From Candidatus Latescibacterota bacterium (lineage in GTDB: Bacteria; Latescibacterota; UBA2968; GCA-2709665): 64,000 bases of DNA. The notes under the pieces are model-generated. The model was given only the letters and a program-made list of their open reading frames with translations, was not told where the DNA came from and ran no database searches. Location: assembly GCA_963662665.2 (NCBI GenBank), contig CAXXJS010000017.1, forward strand, positions 1 through 64,000, written 5' to 3'. Of the stretch, positions 10,101-19,735 are shown in pieces (the stretch's first letter is position 1; the number at the start of each line of letters is the position of its first letter). A program made the translations under genes and the position numbers.

Positions 10101-11868
10101 AGAGCCAATGATGAGGTGGATGCACTGGGCCAGCATCAGCTCCACCTCCGAGGAAGTCAGCGACAGTCTGGGTGGCGACGTGCAGCGCGCAGTGGTCCCT
10201 GCGCTGGACAACGTAGCCACCAACTGGGGCGTCAGGTCCGTTGGCGGCGCCGATGCGACCCGTGTCGGCAAGCGCGTGTTCACGAAGGAGAGCGTGCAGC
10301 AGACGCTGCGTGTGCCGGGCACGGCGACCGATGCTGTTCTGACGGACGAGGAGTTGATGAACCGGTTCAACGCGCCCGAAGACTTCGTCAAAGCGGTCAT
10401 CGGCGATCGGAAGGATCTGATCTTCGTTCCCGTCAGTCCCGACGCGAGCGCGCTGACGGGCAACGCCTCTCTTCCGGAGAATATCCGGCCGGCGACCGCC
10501 GGCGGTCTGCTGGTATCCGCTCGTACGGTCACGGACGCGCCGGTGGCAGCCGTTGACAACGTCCCCCCCGCCGCGGTTACCAACGCTTCCGGCGACGGCG
10601 CGGGCGCGCTGCGTTGGACGGCTTCGGCCGATGACCGGATTGTGGGTTCCATCCCTTATCGTGTCTACAACGTGCCGATCCCGGGTGTGACGGGTTATAA
10701 GGTGATGAGAGGCACGTCTGCCGATGACCTTGAGCAGATTGCGACGCTCGACCCGGGTTCAACCCGCTTCACGGACGAGGACCTGCCGGATGGCGTCGCC
10801 TCGATGGTGTATCGGATCGACGCGTACGACGACAACAACGTCGCAACCGGCGATCTCATCACGGTTGACAACATCTCACTCCGCACCAGGTTTGTGGACG
10901 CCGAGGGCGAACCGGTGTATCTCATACGGCTGCCCTCCCGGGGCGGGAACCTGACGGTTGACTTCGAAGATTTCGTTGCCTTCGCCATGGCCTTCGATTC
11001 TAAGACAGGCGATGCGAACTATAACCCGCAGGCCGACGTCAACGACGACGGCAACGTGGACTTCGAGGACTTTGTTACGGCTGCCGCGTCTTTCGGTCGC
11101 ACAGCCGTGGTTCACGGGGGCGGCAAGATCGCTGTTGTACCGCAGCGCCGGGGCGTCAACTCCAATACGAACATGACGCTCGAACGGGTTGGCGGGAAGG
11201 TGCTGGTTGGCGAGATGATTTCGGTAACGGTATCCGTGACCAACGCTAATGAGCTGACAGGCTTCGGCCTTGAACTGACGTACGACGCGGCCGGGTTCGA
11301 ATTCGTTAGCGCAGCACCGGCGGACAACGATCTGCTGAAATCTCAGGGCGGCGAGACCCCGGTGTTCGGAAACTGGCCGGAAGACGGTCGGGTCCGGGTG
11401 GTCAACGCCATTGTCAACGCGGGTTCCGTGAGCGGCGCGGGTGCGCTCGTGACCTTCACCTTCAGGGTTGCGAGGGAGTTCGAGGACAACGCCAGGTTCG
11501 AGATTGCGAAGGGCGTGGTGTTCGATTCGGAGCAGTTGTCGAACCCGGTGGCTTCACTCGGATCGCTGGAGGTCCGGAGCGCGCCGGCTGAGTTCGCACT
11601 GTATCAGAACTACCCGAACCCCTTCAACCCTCAAACCAGCATTCGATACGATCTGGCGGAAGGCGGCGACGTGGTGCTTCGGATCTACAACCTGCTGGGC
11701 CAGGAGGTGCGCACGCTGGTGCGTGAGCGTCAGCCGGCCGGGCGCTACAAAATACACTGGACTGGAACGGACGACCGCGGCGTACCGGTCTCGAGTGGAA
11801 TTTACCTCTATCAGGTCTCGGTTGCCGGCAGGTTCCAGGATGCCAGGCGGTTGATGTTGCTCAGGTAA
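7198..11868 (+). CDS. Large secreted acidic multidomain surface protein with dockerin-like EF-hand pair, cohesin-like domain and FlgD-Ig/T9SS-A-like C-terminal domain
   Basis: Signal peptide; VDFEDFVAF...ADVNDDGNVDFEDF; ISVTVSV...GFGLELTYD...GALVTFTFRV; LYQNYPNPFNP...SSGIYLYQ. Confidence 0.85.
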   Translation: MQLRRFLGPVLAIQMAFGFVRVAWPQEVADTRGIAIRVDNPAAGAWARIDDMIDIRILTFDGILDAGFRVSVVDATLDDDDVGLTAGGSEAGDGFVYYNIYIPDPGSPPPGVAFGDGEASGVDTFRVSFAVSPQVTAFESRNSRAVKVVVDLDAATSGNELNNLMADRKITPASSGFGASSVGDGVRFGVDGNRPIHAGAFTSFSVVTKDLGVDITDEGLIERVRIKSGDMVTIGLRLNTGNVINAGAYGIRVGIVEEDSAFSTAPVSFELLGDKLYSANLRESQEVKEGDFADNRRVRIEAYLVDAAGNLGGASMGAPTESPVNAGHGLPDVFDPGGVEWIADANSPSIAIVHPRPDSPEDRISADVTQTLSGYIPLPGEAQGVQANRRLNPLEFKLSEVPDSIRITHGDSTHGIGSGAVDNLTTPDEDMAPTGSDSTAALSLPWKYDKAGGVREDLMIEVWDSVGNRSSTVLAGIWYDERAPVIGDLFPAAAAAPRDADNNNEPTINLATRDPVFTIDEELDSLSVRYVETGGGATAIEQGFGSGNPRLETIGGLVNWPVSDTNFSERNRYDLQILAIDLAGNASVTGGGTLTFTRGFLNPRADIFKVAAVPDQADSVVAGQDFSMRITALDTSLTRIEETDVPAVTYHGVAALAVIVSGEQARALTGVSFSGFGVSDAPDFSLPADLAGVGMVAKAAVLDDDGWNAGRRDVRFKSTKPLSNVIVMAAAGFKDPVTGNDSLAIVGRLDGLVHVSVSELSRFEVTAIEDRDSTGAVAGGFTVRVVPADKFGNPSMKIDPTPDSGTYESVAVAFASSNGAVTVPFGRQEVALVDGTEFGAVADDVDGSARVSVRTIREDYVTDADDDFAAADGTDPDDTTGALRGSVTVAFVPDGGSEAPPPGTPAAPANIVVADYLGADGQGDQGGLVLISFPNSSQHEAVIHYEIEREIETTLEGYDEDGNEIHSEEPMMRWMHWASISSTSEEVSDSLGGDVQRAVVPALDNVATNWGVRSVGGADATRVGKRVFTKESVQQTLRVPGTATDAVLTDEELMNRFNAPEDFVKAVIGDRKDLIFVPVSPDASALTGNASLPENIRPATAGGLLVSARTVTDAPVAAVDNVPPAAVTNASGDGAGALRWTASADDRIVGSIPYRVYNVPIPGVTGYKVMRGTSADDLEQIATLDPGSTRFTDEDLPDGVASMVYRIDAYDDNNVATGDLITVDNISLRTRFVDAEGEPVYLIRLPSRGGNLTVDFEDFVAFAMAFDSKTGDANYNPQADVNDDGNVDFEDFVTAAASFGRTAVVHGGGKIAVVPQRRGVNSNTNMTLERVGGKVLVGEMISVTVSVTNANELTGFGLELTYDAAGFEFVSAAPADNDLLKSQGGETPVFGNWPEDGRVRVVNAIVNAGSVSGAGALVTFTFRVAREFEDNARFEIAKGVVFDSEQLSNPVASLGSLEVRSAPAEFALYQNYPNPFNPQTSIRYDLAEGGDVVLRIYNLLGQEVRTLVRERQPAGRYKIHWTGTDDRGVPVSSGIYLYQVSVAGRFQDARRLMLLR

Positions 11869-11894
11869 ACGCTTTCGTACAGTATGGTATTCAG

Positions 11895-11932
11895 AAGCCG
11901 CCGGACGTCGTCATCGCCCGGCGGTTTTTTTT
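11895..11932 (+). terminator. Intrinsic terminator
   Basis: aagccgccgg...ccggcggtttttttt. Confidence 0.8.
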
Positions 11933-12300
11933 AGGCAGCGCCTGGGTTGCTCCCCCTTTCTTTTGGGAGAGGGGCCGGGGGGAGAGATCTCGCCGCCGAT
12001 AGCCGTGAATTTTTCCGAGCGGTCCTTGGGTTTTGATTCTGGTTTTCGCCTTTCCCTTCGTGTCTTTGCGTGAGCTGAATTTCGTTTTTTGCCACCCACT
12101 ACCGGCTTCTTGGTTTTCCCCTTCTTGTCTTTAGCTGATGGCTGACGGCTGACCGCTGTTTTTCCTGATCGCTGTTCTTTTTCCTTGATTTTTCGGGTGT
12201 CTTGGTCATATATTATCAACACGATAACTGCAATTAATGAAAATGCCCTCTCCCATCGGCGCAAACATCCTCACCCTGCGCCGGGAAGGACGCACATCCC

Positions 12301-12858
12301 ATGGTGGAAATGAACGTGGTCGGCGTGGCTGTAGAACCCAACACCAACCGGCCGCTGGTCTGGCTGAGAGACATGGAACAGCAGGTCTTCCTGCCCATCT
12401 CCATCGGCAATTTCGAAGCAACGACCATCCATATGGCGCTTTACGACGAAGGACCCCAACGGCCGCCCACGTGCGAGTTGCTCCGGTCCATTTTAGACGG
12501 GATGGGCGCCAAGGTCACGCGGGTACTCATCAACGCGCTGGAGGAAGACGTCTTCTTCGCCGAGGTCAGCCTCGATGCCAACGGCAGGAATATCGGCGTG
12601 GATTCCCGGCCCAGCGACGCCCTTGCCCTCGCTCTTCGCACGGGCGCGCCCGTGTACGTTGAAGAAAGGGTCATCCAGGAGGCCGGGCTGCCAATCAGTT
12701 CCTCTATTGATATCGAGGTCGAAGGTGTCGAGGGCGGCATTTCAGACCGGTTGACCGCCCTCAGGGCGGAATTGAAGGAAGCCGTGGCGCGCGAACAATA
12801 CGAAGAGGCAGCCAGCCTGCGGGATGAAATCCGGCGTCTCGAGCATCAGATGCGCTGA
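12301..12858 (+). CDS. Bifunctional nuclease (DUF151) family protein with C-terminal UvrB/UvrC coiled coil
   Basis: LPISIG.FEA, DSRPSDALALALR, AV.REQYEEAA.LRDEI. Confidence 0.88.
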   Translation: MVEMNVVGVAVEPNTNRPLVWLRDMEQQVFLPISIGNFEATTIHMALYDEGPQRPPTCELLRSILDGMGAKVTRVLINALEEDVFFAEVSLDANGRNIGVDSRPSDALALALRTGAPVYVEERVIQEAGLPISSSIDIEVEGVEGGISDRLTALRAELKEAVAREQYEEAASLRDEIRRLEHQMR

Positions 12859-12996
12859 AACAGCCTATTGTGGTAAGTGATGTGATAGGCCCTTTATGTT
12901 GTGGTTGCGCGGTGGTGCGTTTGAAGTTTAATTTACAATGTTTTAGGTCGCTTTGGCGTTTTCGCTCCAGTCGAATGAATAATCACAAAAAAAGAC

Positions 12997-13025
12997 TTGA
13001 CAGCCGATTTTGCCTTGCGTATAAT
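12997..13025 (+). promoter_or_regulatory. Perfect-consensus sigma70 promoter with upstream A-tract
   Basis: TTGACA (12997-13002), 17-nt spacer, TATAAT (13020-13025). Confidence 0.85.
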
Positions 13026-13420
13026 TAGGTTGCTTTTCGCTACATACAGGTGAACGAAATTGTCCGGAATGCCAGAAGATATGCGGAATATTGCGCCAAC
13101 ATTGTGGTGTTTGGATGTGGCAAAGGTTGGTCGCGTTTTCGCTTTTGTATATATTTATAAGGAGGTGCACACGGAAATGCGATGTTAAACGGTTGTCACG
13201 CATCACACACACCCACAATCACCATTCACACTAACGATTCATCGCAGGAATCGCAGCATAGAGAGAAGGGAGGCGCCCTATCGCCGCTGCGCATCAGGAT
13301 TCAACACATAGCCGCCATTCCGGACGGTTGAAGCAAAATTCAGATTCGGTTTCCGAGGAGTTAACAGGAGTAGAGGTTGTGAGGAAGTTTCCCAGTCGTC
13401 TTTTTTTCAGGGAGGTTGAG

Positions 13421-16400
13421 ATGCACGTTAAAAAGCTGTTGGGTTGCGGGTTTGCCTTTCTGTTTGTTCTTGCCTTTGCCGGCGTTGCATCGGCACAACC
13501 GGACGTTTCCGACGCCCGGGGCACCTGGGTCCGCATCGAGCAACCGGCCGACGGCGAGTATGCCGCGATTGGCGATACGGTCATTGTCGCGGTTTACACC
13601 GTTAGTGCTGCTACCGGTATTACTGTTACAGTCAAGGCGCCAGACGGTGACGATGAAGGTGAAGCGCCTGATGATGTTGCGGGTGGTCTAAGTTTGAACA
13701 ATACTAACCTGGGTGTCTTAGACGACGACCGTGCCGGCGACAGCACCGTCGAACTCGATGTGGGCGATGCAGACGCTACCTTAGTCAAATTTTACTTCGC
13801 TGTTGGTGTCGGCGGCACCGAGCTTCAGGATAACGGTTTGTTTGTTGAGGTCACTATAGCTGGAGGCGGAACTGCCGCAGGTACGATTTCCAGCCTGACC
13901 ACAGACGAACAGATCCTCCCCGGCGCCACCGGTTTTCCCACAACGGCGGTTGGCGACGGGAGGACGTTCGGGATCGACAACCGGCGTCCGGAACATGGCA
14001 CTGCGTTCTCTGACAACAATTTGATTCTGGTAGACTCCAAGAATAACAGGATCAACGGCGCTGAGGTAACTGAGACTGCCGATCCCATCGTTTTCCTCGA
14101 TTTGAACTCCGAGATAAAGGAGGGTGACAACGTCAGAGTCAGTCTCAAAATGGACCGGGGCCAGGTGATCAACTCCGGCGCCTCCAGGGCGACGATCATT
14201 TTTGTGAAGGAAACATTTATGCTCGGTGACCCCGCGGTGGAGACCCTGGTCACTGGCGCAACGCCGGGCCTGATTGATTCGGCGATCACGGTCGTCGAAT
14301 TTACCGATCTTCACGCGAAGCAGCCTCTCGAAAAACCGGTCGACACCTCAGAGGGTGTATTCGGCGACGGCCAGAGGGTCAGAGTCTTCGGGTTCCTTCG
14401 GGACGAGGCGGGCAACCTGGGCGGCACCGCCGCTAATGCTGAAGCCCCGTCGGGTCATGCCGGTTCACATGGCCCCGTGTTTGACGACGACGATGACGAT
14501 CCCACTACGGCCGCTAACGATGACCTTGGTGACGCCACTCAAATTGGTGACGGTACCCTTGACCCAACATACGTCAACCTGTTCCAGATCGACACGACGA
14601 CACCGGAGGTCACGGTGGCGTATCCCAAGTCGGGCGCGACGGATTCCACGTATGTGTCCGCTGCAAACGAACAGAAGTTGTCTTATTATTCCGACGCCGA
14701 CGGGACGCTGAGTGAGATTGATCGTTCGAGCCTGTTGAGGCCGTTGACGTTGAAGATCAGCGAGGCTGTTGACTCGATCAAGGTCTCTCACGGCGACTCC
14801 ACGGCAGCGTACATAACTACTGATGATAATAGTGGCCTGCCGGCCGACGTTAAGAAGGATTTCACATTGGCATTGCCGGTGTGGAATTACGCGGACGGCG
14901 AAGCCGGTATCTCCAAGAAACTGGTCGTGCAGGCTTGGGACGTCGTAGGTAACGAAATGAGTGTTGAGAATGCGGATATCACCTACGACGCTGTTGCGCC
15001 AGAGATCACGAACCTGTTCCCGACTGAGGACAGCGCGCCGAAGGATGACAGTGATAACCCGACGATCTCGCCGCAGACGTGGTTGCCGATATTCACCAAC
15101 AGCGAAGATCTGGACTCGTTGTTCGTGCAGTACGTGCAGAAAGACGCGGTGCCGGCGGATGAAGCAAGCCAGCCTTTCGGCGGGACAAGAGGGGAGCTCA
15201 AGGCGGGACGCGTCCGGCCTGCCATCGACGATACGCTCAAGGACGGCGTGGATTATTACCTCCAGATCATTGCGTTCGACAAAGCGGGTAACGGGAACGA
15301 AGAAATCACCAAACCGTTGAGGTTCGTTGACGAGTTCGAAAACCCGGTTGCCGACTCGTTTATGGTGGCTACGGCGGTAGAGGATCTCGAAGCGGTGGTT
15401 GCTGGCGCCAAACTGGAATTGGATCTGACGGCGCTGGATTCGACGATGACCGCTGCCGAGGGCGCCAACGTCCGAGGAGTCACGTATGGACAGGGCAACG
15501 AGAAGTCACGGGTGCGCCTTGAGGTTTCGGAGGACCAGACCGACCGGCTGGAGGGCGTTGAGTTCGGCGGAACCGGCGTCTCGATCGCCCCGGCGGATAC
15601 CGGGATGGGTATCGCCACGCTTTCCAGCGCAGACTGGGAAGCGGGTGAGCGCAGCGTGACCATCACGTCAGAGATGACGCTGACCGGCGCAATGGTCGTG
15701 GTGGAAGACCTGGACGACCAGGGCGACGTAAGTTTCAGTACGACTTTGGGTCCGTTCAGTTTCGACGCTGCCGTGTTCTCGCAGTTCACGGTTCAGGCGA
15801 TGGAAGACGGCGAGGCAACGGACAACGTCGAGGGCACGTTTCAAATCTCCGTGACGGCGACCGACGAGTTCGGTAACCCGAGCATGAAGAAAGGCAACAC
15901 GATCGACAGCGACGAAGAAGACGAGGTCTATGAGACCATCGCCATCGAACTGTCATCCAACAACAGCCAGGTGCAGGTGCCTGGCGGAAGGCAGGAGATC
16001 GTTGCTGGCGAGAACAGTTTCGACGCGAACGCATCGAATGCGTCGGGCACGGTTGTTATCTCGGTATACACCGAAGGTGCCGCCGAGACCGGGACGGCCA
16101 CGTTGAGCTTCGGTCCTCCGGCGCCGCCTCCGGCGCCTGGCGCGCCTGGTGCGCCCGCTTCGTTGATCGTTGAAGATTACAAGGGGCCCACAGGTGAAGG
16201 CGACCAGGGCGGGTTGGTGATGGTGACCTTCCCGAACTCGGCGGATCACGCCACGGTGGACAAGTATCAGATCTTCAGGGAGATGTCAGTGACCGCCACT
16301 AGTAAGGATACCCTCGGCAACTTCGTGGCGCTGGACGATTCCACGATGATGGCGTGGGTGCCGTGGGCGGCTCTGGAGAGCGAGGATCCGAACGCGGACG

Positions 16401-18121
16401 TACAGCGCGCGGTGATCCCTGCGCTGGACAACGACGCCACCAACTGGGCGGTGGCGGCGATTGGCGTCGGTGGTTCTTCGGACCAGACCCCTGCTACTGC
16501 GAAGCGGGTGTTTACGAAGGAGAGCGTGCAGCAGACCCTCGAGTTGCTGGGTATGCCCGAAGCGGAGCTTCTGACGAACGACGAATTGATGGACCAGTTC
16601 AATGCGCCTGAGGACTACGTCAAGTCGATCCTCGGGGACCAGAAGAACCTGGTCTTCGCGCCGGTGAATCCGGACGTGAGCGTACTGCTGGGCAACGCGT
16701 CGGTGCCGTCGAATATCCGTACGAGCGCGCACGGACGCCTGGCGTCCGAGCGTACGGCCACCGAGGCGCCTGCAGGCGCGGTTGACGACATCGCTCCCTC
16801 GGCTGCAACGGACGGGTCCGGTGCGGTGACAAGCGACGGTGACGCGGCGCAGGTGGCGCTGTCCTGGACGGTTTCGGCGGATGACGGAAGAATTGTTGGC
16901 GGTATTTCGTACCGCGGGTATGTCGTGCCAATTTACGGCTTGAAGGGCTACACAGTGCTGCGAGGCGCTTCGGAAGATGCCCTTGAGTCTATCGGCACGG
17001 TTGCCGCGGGTTCAACGGAGTTCGTGGACATGAATCTTCCCGAAGATCGGCGAAACATTTTGTATCGTATAGACGCGTTCGACGACAACAACGACACGCC
17101 GGGTCAGGTGATCACGGTCCAGAACCTTGAGGTGCGTGCGAAATTCGTGGACGCCAACGGTGGTCCTGTCTACCTGATGGTGTTGGCGCCTGTTGCTCAA
17201 ACCCCCGTGGACGTGGACTTGGAAGACTTTATCGCGTTTGCGGCCGCCTTCGGCAGTCAGAAGGGCGATGATGACTACAACCTGCAGGCCGACGTGAACG
17301 ACGACGGCATGGTGGACTTCGCGGACTTCACCACGGCGCTTGGGTCGTATGGTCGCACGGCGGCGGCGTCTGCGAACAAACTGGCGGTGGTTCCGCAGCG
17401 TCCCGGCCTGAACGCGGATACGGAGATGCGGCTTGAGCTGGCCAGTGAGAAGGTGCTGGTTGGCGAGGAGATCTCGGTCACGGTTTCGATGGCCAACGCC
17501 AAAGCGTTGAACGGCTACGGTCTGGAATTGGTGTATGACGCGGACAAGTTCGAGTTCGTCAGCGCCGTACCCGCCGAGAACGATCTGTTGAAGTCAGAGG
17601 GTGGCGAGACGCCGCTGTTCAAGAACTGGCCGGAAGAGGGCCGGGTCTCGGTGGTCAACGCCATTATCAACGCGGAGTCTGTGAGCGGTGAAGGCGCGTT
17701 GGTGACCTTCACGTTCAAGGTTCTGCGGGAATTCGAGGACAGCGCTCGCTTCGAGATCGCACGGGGCGTTGTGTTCGATCCTGACAGGCTGCAGAACCCT
17801 GTGGTGGCGCTTGGCGCGCTGGACGTGCAGAGCACACCCACGGAGTTCGCGCTGCATCAGAACTATCCTAACCCGTTCAATCCGCAAACCAACATTCCGT
17901 ACGACCTTGCCGAAGGCGGGGACGTGGTTCTCAGGATCTACAACCTGCTGGGCCAGGAAGTGCGGACGCTGGTGCGCGAGCGCCAGGCGCCCGGCCGCTA
18001 CACGATTCAGTGGAGCGGAATGGACGACCGCGGCGTATCGGTTTCGAGTGGAATTTACTTCTATCAGGTCTCGGTTGCCGGTAAGTTCCAGGATGCCAAG
18101 CGGTTAATGTTGCTCAAGTAG
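13421..18121 (+). CDS. Large secreted surface protein, paralog of 7198-11868 (dockerin-like + cohesin-like + FlgD-Ig/T9SS-A-like CTD)
   Basis: GGAGG + ATG 13421, signal peptide ending ASA-Q; same architecture; shared GDQGGLV, KRVFTKESVQQTL, NYPNPFNP. Confidence 0.87.
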   Translation: MHVKKLLGCGFAFLFVLAFAGVASAQPDVSDARGTWVRIEQPADGEYAAIGDTVIVAVYTVSAATGITVTVKAPDGDDEGEAPDDVAGGLSLNNTNLGVLDDDRAGDSTVELDVGDADATLVKFYFAVGVGGTELQDNGLFVEVTIAGGGTAAGTISSLTTDEQILPGATGFPTTAVGDGRTFGIDNRRPEHGTAFSDNNLILVDSKNNRINGAEVTETADPIVFLDLNSEIKEGDNVRVSLKMDRGQVINSGASRATIIFVKETFMLGDPAVETLVTGATPGLIDSAITVVEFTDLHAKQPLEKPVDTSEGVFGDGQRVRVFGFLRDEAGNLGGTAANAEAPSGHAGSHGPVFDDDDDDPTTAANDDLGDATQIGDGTLDPTYVNLFQIDTTTPEVTVAYPKSGATDSTYVSAANEQKLSYYSDADGTLSEIDRSSLLRPLTLKISEAVDSIKVSHGDSTAAYITTDDNSGLPADVKKDFTLALPVWNYADGEAGISKKLVVQAWDVVGNEMSVENADITYDAVAPEITNLFPTEDSAPKDDSDNPTISPQTWLPIFTNSEDLDSLFVQYVQKDAVPADEASQPFGGTRGELKAGRVRPAIDDTLKDGVDYYLQIIAFDKAGNGNEEITKPLRFVDEFENPVADSFMVATAVEDLEAVVAGAKLELDLTALDSTMTAAEGANVRGVTYGQGNEKSRVRLEVSEDQTDRLEGVEFGGTGVSIAPADTGMGIATLSSADWEAGERSVTITSEMTLTGAMVVVEDLDDQGDVSFSTTLGPFSFDAAVFSQFTVQAMEDGEATDNVEGTFQISVTATDEFGNPSMKKGNTIDSDEEDEVYETIAIELSSNNSQVQVPGGRQEIVAGENSFDANASNASGTVVISVYTEGAAETGTATLSFGPPAPPPAPGAPGAPASLIVEDYKGPTGEGDQGGLVMVTFPNSADHATVDKYQIFREMSVTATSKDTLGNFVALDDSTMMAWVPWAALESEDPNADVQRAVIPALDNDATNWAVAAIGVGGSSDQTPATAKRVFTKESVQQTLELLGMPEAELLTNDELMDQFNAPEDYVKSILGDQKNLVFAPVNPDVSVLLGNASVPSNIRTSAHGRLASERTATEAPAGAVDDIAPSAATDGSGAVTSDGDAAQVALSWTVSADDGRIVGGISYRGYVVPIYGLKGYTVLRGASEDALESIGTVAAGSTEFVDMNLPEDRRNILYRIDAFDDNNDTPGQVITVQNLEVRAKFVDANGGPVYLMVLAPVAQTPVDVDLEDFIAFAAAFGSQKGDDDYNLQADVNDDGMVDFADFTTALGSYGRTAAASANKLAVVPQRPGLNADTEMRLELASEKVLVGEEISVTVSMANAKALNGYGLELVYDADKFEFVSAVPAENDLLKSEGGETPLFKNWPEEGRVSVVNAIINAESVSGEGALVTFTFKVLREFEDSARFEIARGVVFDPDRLQNPVVALGALDVQSTPTEFALHQNYPNPFNPQTNIPYDLAEGGDVVLRIYNLLGQEVRTLVRERQAPGRYTIQWSGMDDRGVSVSSGIYFYQVSVAGKFQDAKRLMLLK

Positions 18122-18132
18122 TCAGAAAAAGG

Positions 18133-18167
18133 AATATGGGAGGTTCCTTATCGGGGCCTCCCATATT
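18133..18167 (+). terminator. Strong intercistronic stem-loop (terminator or mRNA stabiliser)
   Basis: aatatgggagg...cctcccatatt, 11-bp perfect arms. Confidence 0.65.
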
Positions 18168-18235
18168 TAAGTTTTCCTTCTGGAGCGAGCATGTATTCTG
18201 GAACCGAAACACACACACCGGGAAGGAGAAGCGAG

Positions 18236-19708
18236 ATGCATAGAGTTAAGCCGATTAGTTTCGTTATGGTCGCCGCAGCTTTTCTTGTGGCGTTTGGCAT
18301 TGGGGGCGCGGAAGCGGGCGCCCTGAAGGACTCGATGCTGGTGGTGGATACCGCGGTCAATATGGCGTATGACGAAGGTAAGAATACAGTCGCGCCTTCG
18401 ATGGCCATGGCCGGTGACACGGTTAGGGTGGAGTTGTATGTGAGAGGCGGCGGGGGTAACAAGGCTCTGGGGCTTGACGCCAAATTCGGCGCGGCACTCG
18501 GAGAAATGATGATTCCCGACGAGGCTTGGCAGATTGTCTCCGCATCCACCATATTCCCCTTGGAGTTGATGGTTGGGCCCCATGCAGTCCAGGTCGGGGC
18601 GTTGCCGCCGGCGGGTGCGGATATTCCGGCAAATGGATATATTGGCACAGTGAATATCGTTGGGGCCGGCGATGCCCCGGAAGGTGCTTCCTTCTATGTG
18701 AAATCTGCCGTCATTGCGCTTGCCGACGGGAGTTTGGATAGCCTGGACGTGACGGGCGCTATCGTGACCGTCGCAGCGCCGTCGGGCCCCAATGTGATGG
18801 GCATGGGCGACGCTTTGATGGCCGGGAATATGCTTCAGATTCCTGCCGATGGTGGAAGCGTCGAAGTGACCGTGGGGTTGGAGAACGTCGAGTCGGATAC
18901 GCCGAGCGTATCCTGGTCGGTGATGGAGGAAGGTAGCGGCACGCTGAGCGTCCTGGATAAGGAAGGCATGATGCTCGAGCTCGACGACCAGATGATGTTG
19001 ATGGACGCGCCGGCTGCAATAGTACTGAAGGTGACCGGCGGAAACCTCCAGGTCACGGTGAAGGCCGTCGTTGACGGTGTCGAAACGGAATCGGTAGAAT
19101 TTACGTTCACGCAGTTGAACCCCGCCGAACTGGCTTCTTTCGACGGTGCGCTGCAGAGCGACAAGGTGGTCCTGAACTGGTCCACGGTGTCGCAAACGAA
19201 CAACGCCGGCTGGCGGATTACCCGCAGTGTCGACGGCGAGACCTTCGAAGCGGTGGGTGATTTCGTACAGGGCGCAGGTACGGCCGACGCCCTGATGAAC
19301 TACACCTTTGAAGACAGGGAACTGCCGGGCGTGAATAAGGTTTATTACCGGCTCGAGCAGGTGGATCTGGACGGTTCGATTTCGCAGTCGAACGTGATCG
19401 AGGTGCTCCTGGGCGCGCGTATGCCGCTGCCCACGGAGTTCGCGGTCAACGTCTATCCGAACCCGTTCAACCCCAGCACCACGATTTCCTACGCGCTTCC
19501 TGAGGCTTCGCCGGTTACGGTCGTTATCTACGATGTGCTGGGCCAGCAGGTACGGCACCTGATTTCACAGCACAACTCGGCCGGCCGGTATCAGGTTCAG
19601 TGGGACGCCAGGGACAACCAGGGTCGCGGCGTTGCAAGCGGTGTCTACATCGCCAAGGTCAACGCGGGAACTTCCACCCTGTCGCAGAAAATGCTGCTGC
19701 TCAAGTAA
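18236..19708 (+). CDS. Secreted protein with possible N-terminal cohesin-like domain, Ig-like domains and FlgD-Ig/T9SS-A-like CTD
   Basis: Signal peptide; PAELASF...VLNWST..QTNNAG...YYRLEQVDLDG; YPNPFNP...ASGVY...KMLLLK. Confidence 0.82.
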   Translation: MHRVKPISFVMVAAAFLVAFGIGGAEAGALKDSMLVVDTAVNMAYDEGKNTVAPSMAMAGDTVRVELYVRGGGGNKALGLDAKFGAALGEMMIPDEAWQIVSASTIFPLELMVGPHAVQVGALPPAGADIPANGYIGTVNIVGAGDAPEGASFYVKSAVIALADGSLDSLDVTGAIVTVAAPSGPNVMGMGDALMAGNMLQIPADGGSVEVTVGLENVESDTPSVSWSVMEEGSGTLSVLDKEGMMLELDDQMMLMDAPAAIVLKVTGGNLQVTVKAVVDGVETESVEFTFTQLNPAELASFDGALQSDKVVLNWSTVSQTNNAGWRITRSVDGETFEAVGDFVQGAGTADALMNYTFEDRELPGVNKVYYRLEQVDLDGSISQSNVIEVLLGARMPLPTEFAVNVYPNPFNPSTTISYALPEASPVTVVIYDVLGQQVRHLISQHNSAGRYQVQWDARDNQGRGVASGVYIAKVNAGTSTLSQKMLLLK

Positions 19709-19735
19709 ACGCGGTCCAGCATTCATGGCATCACA

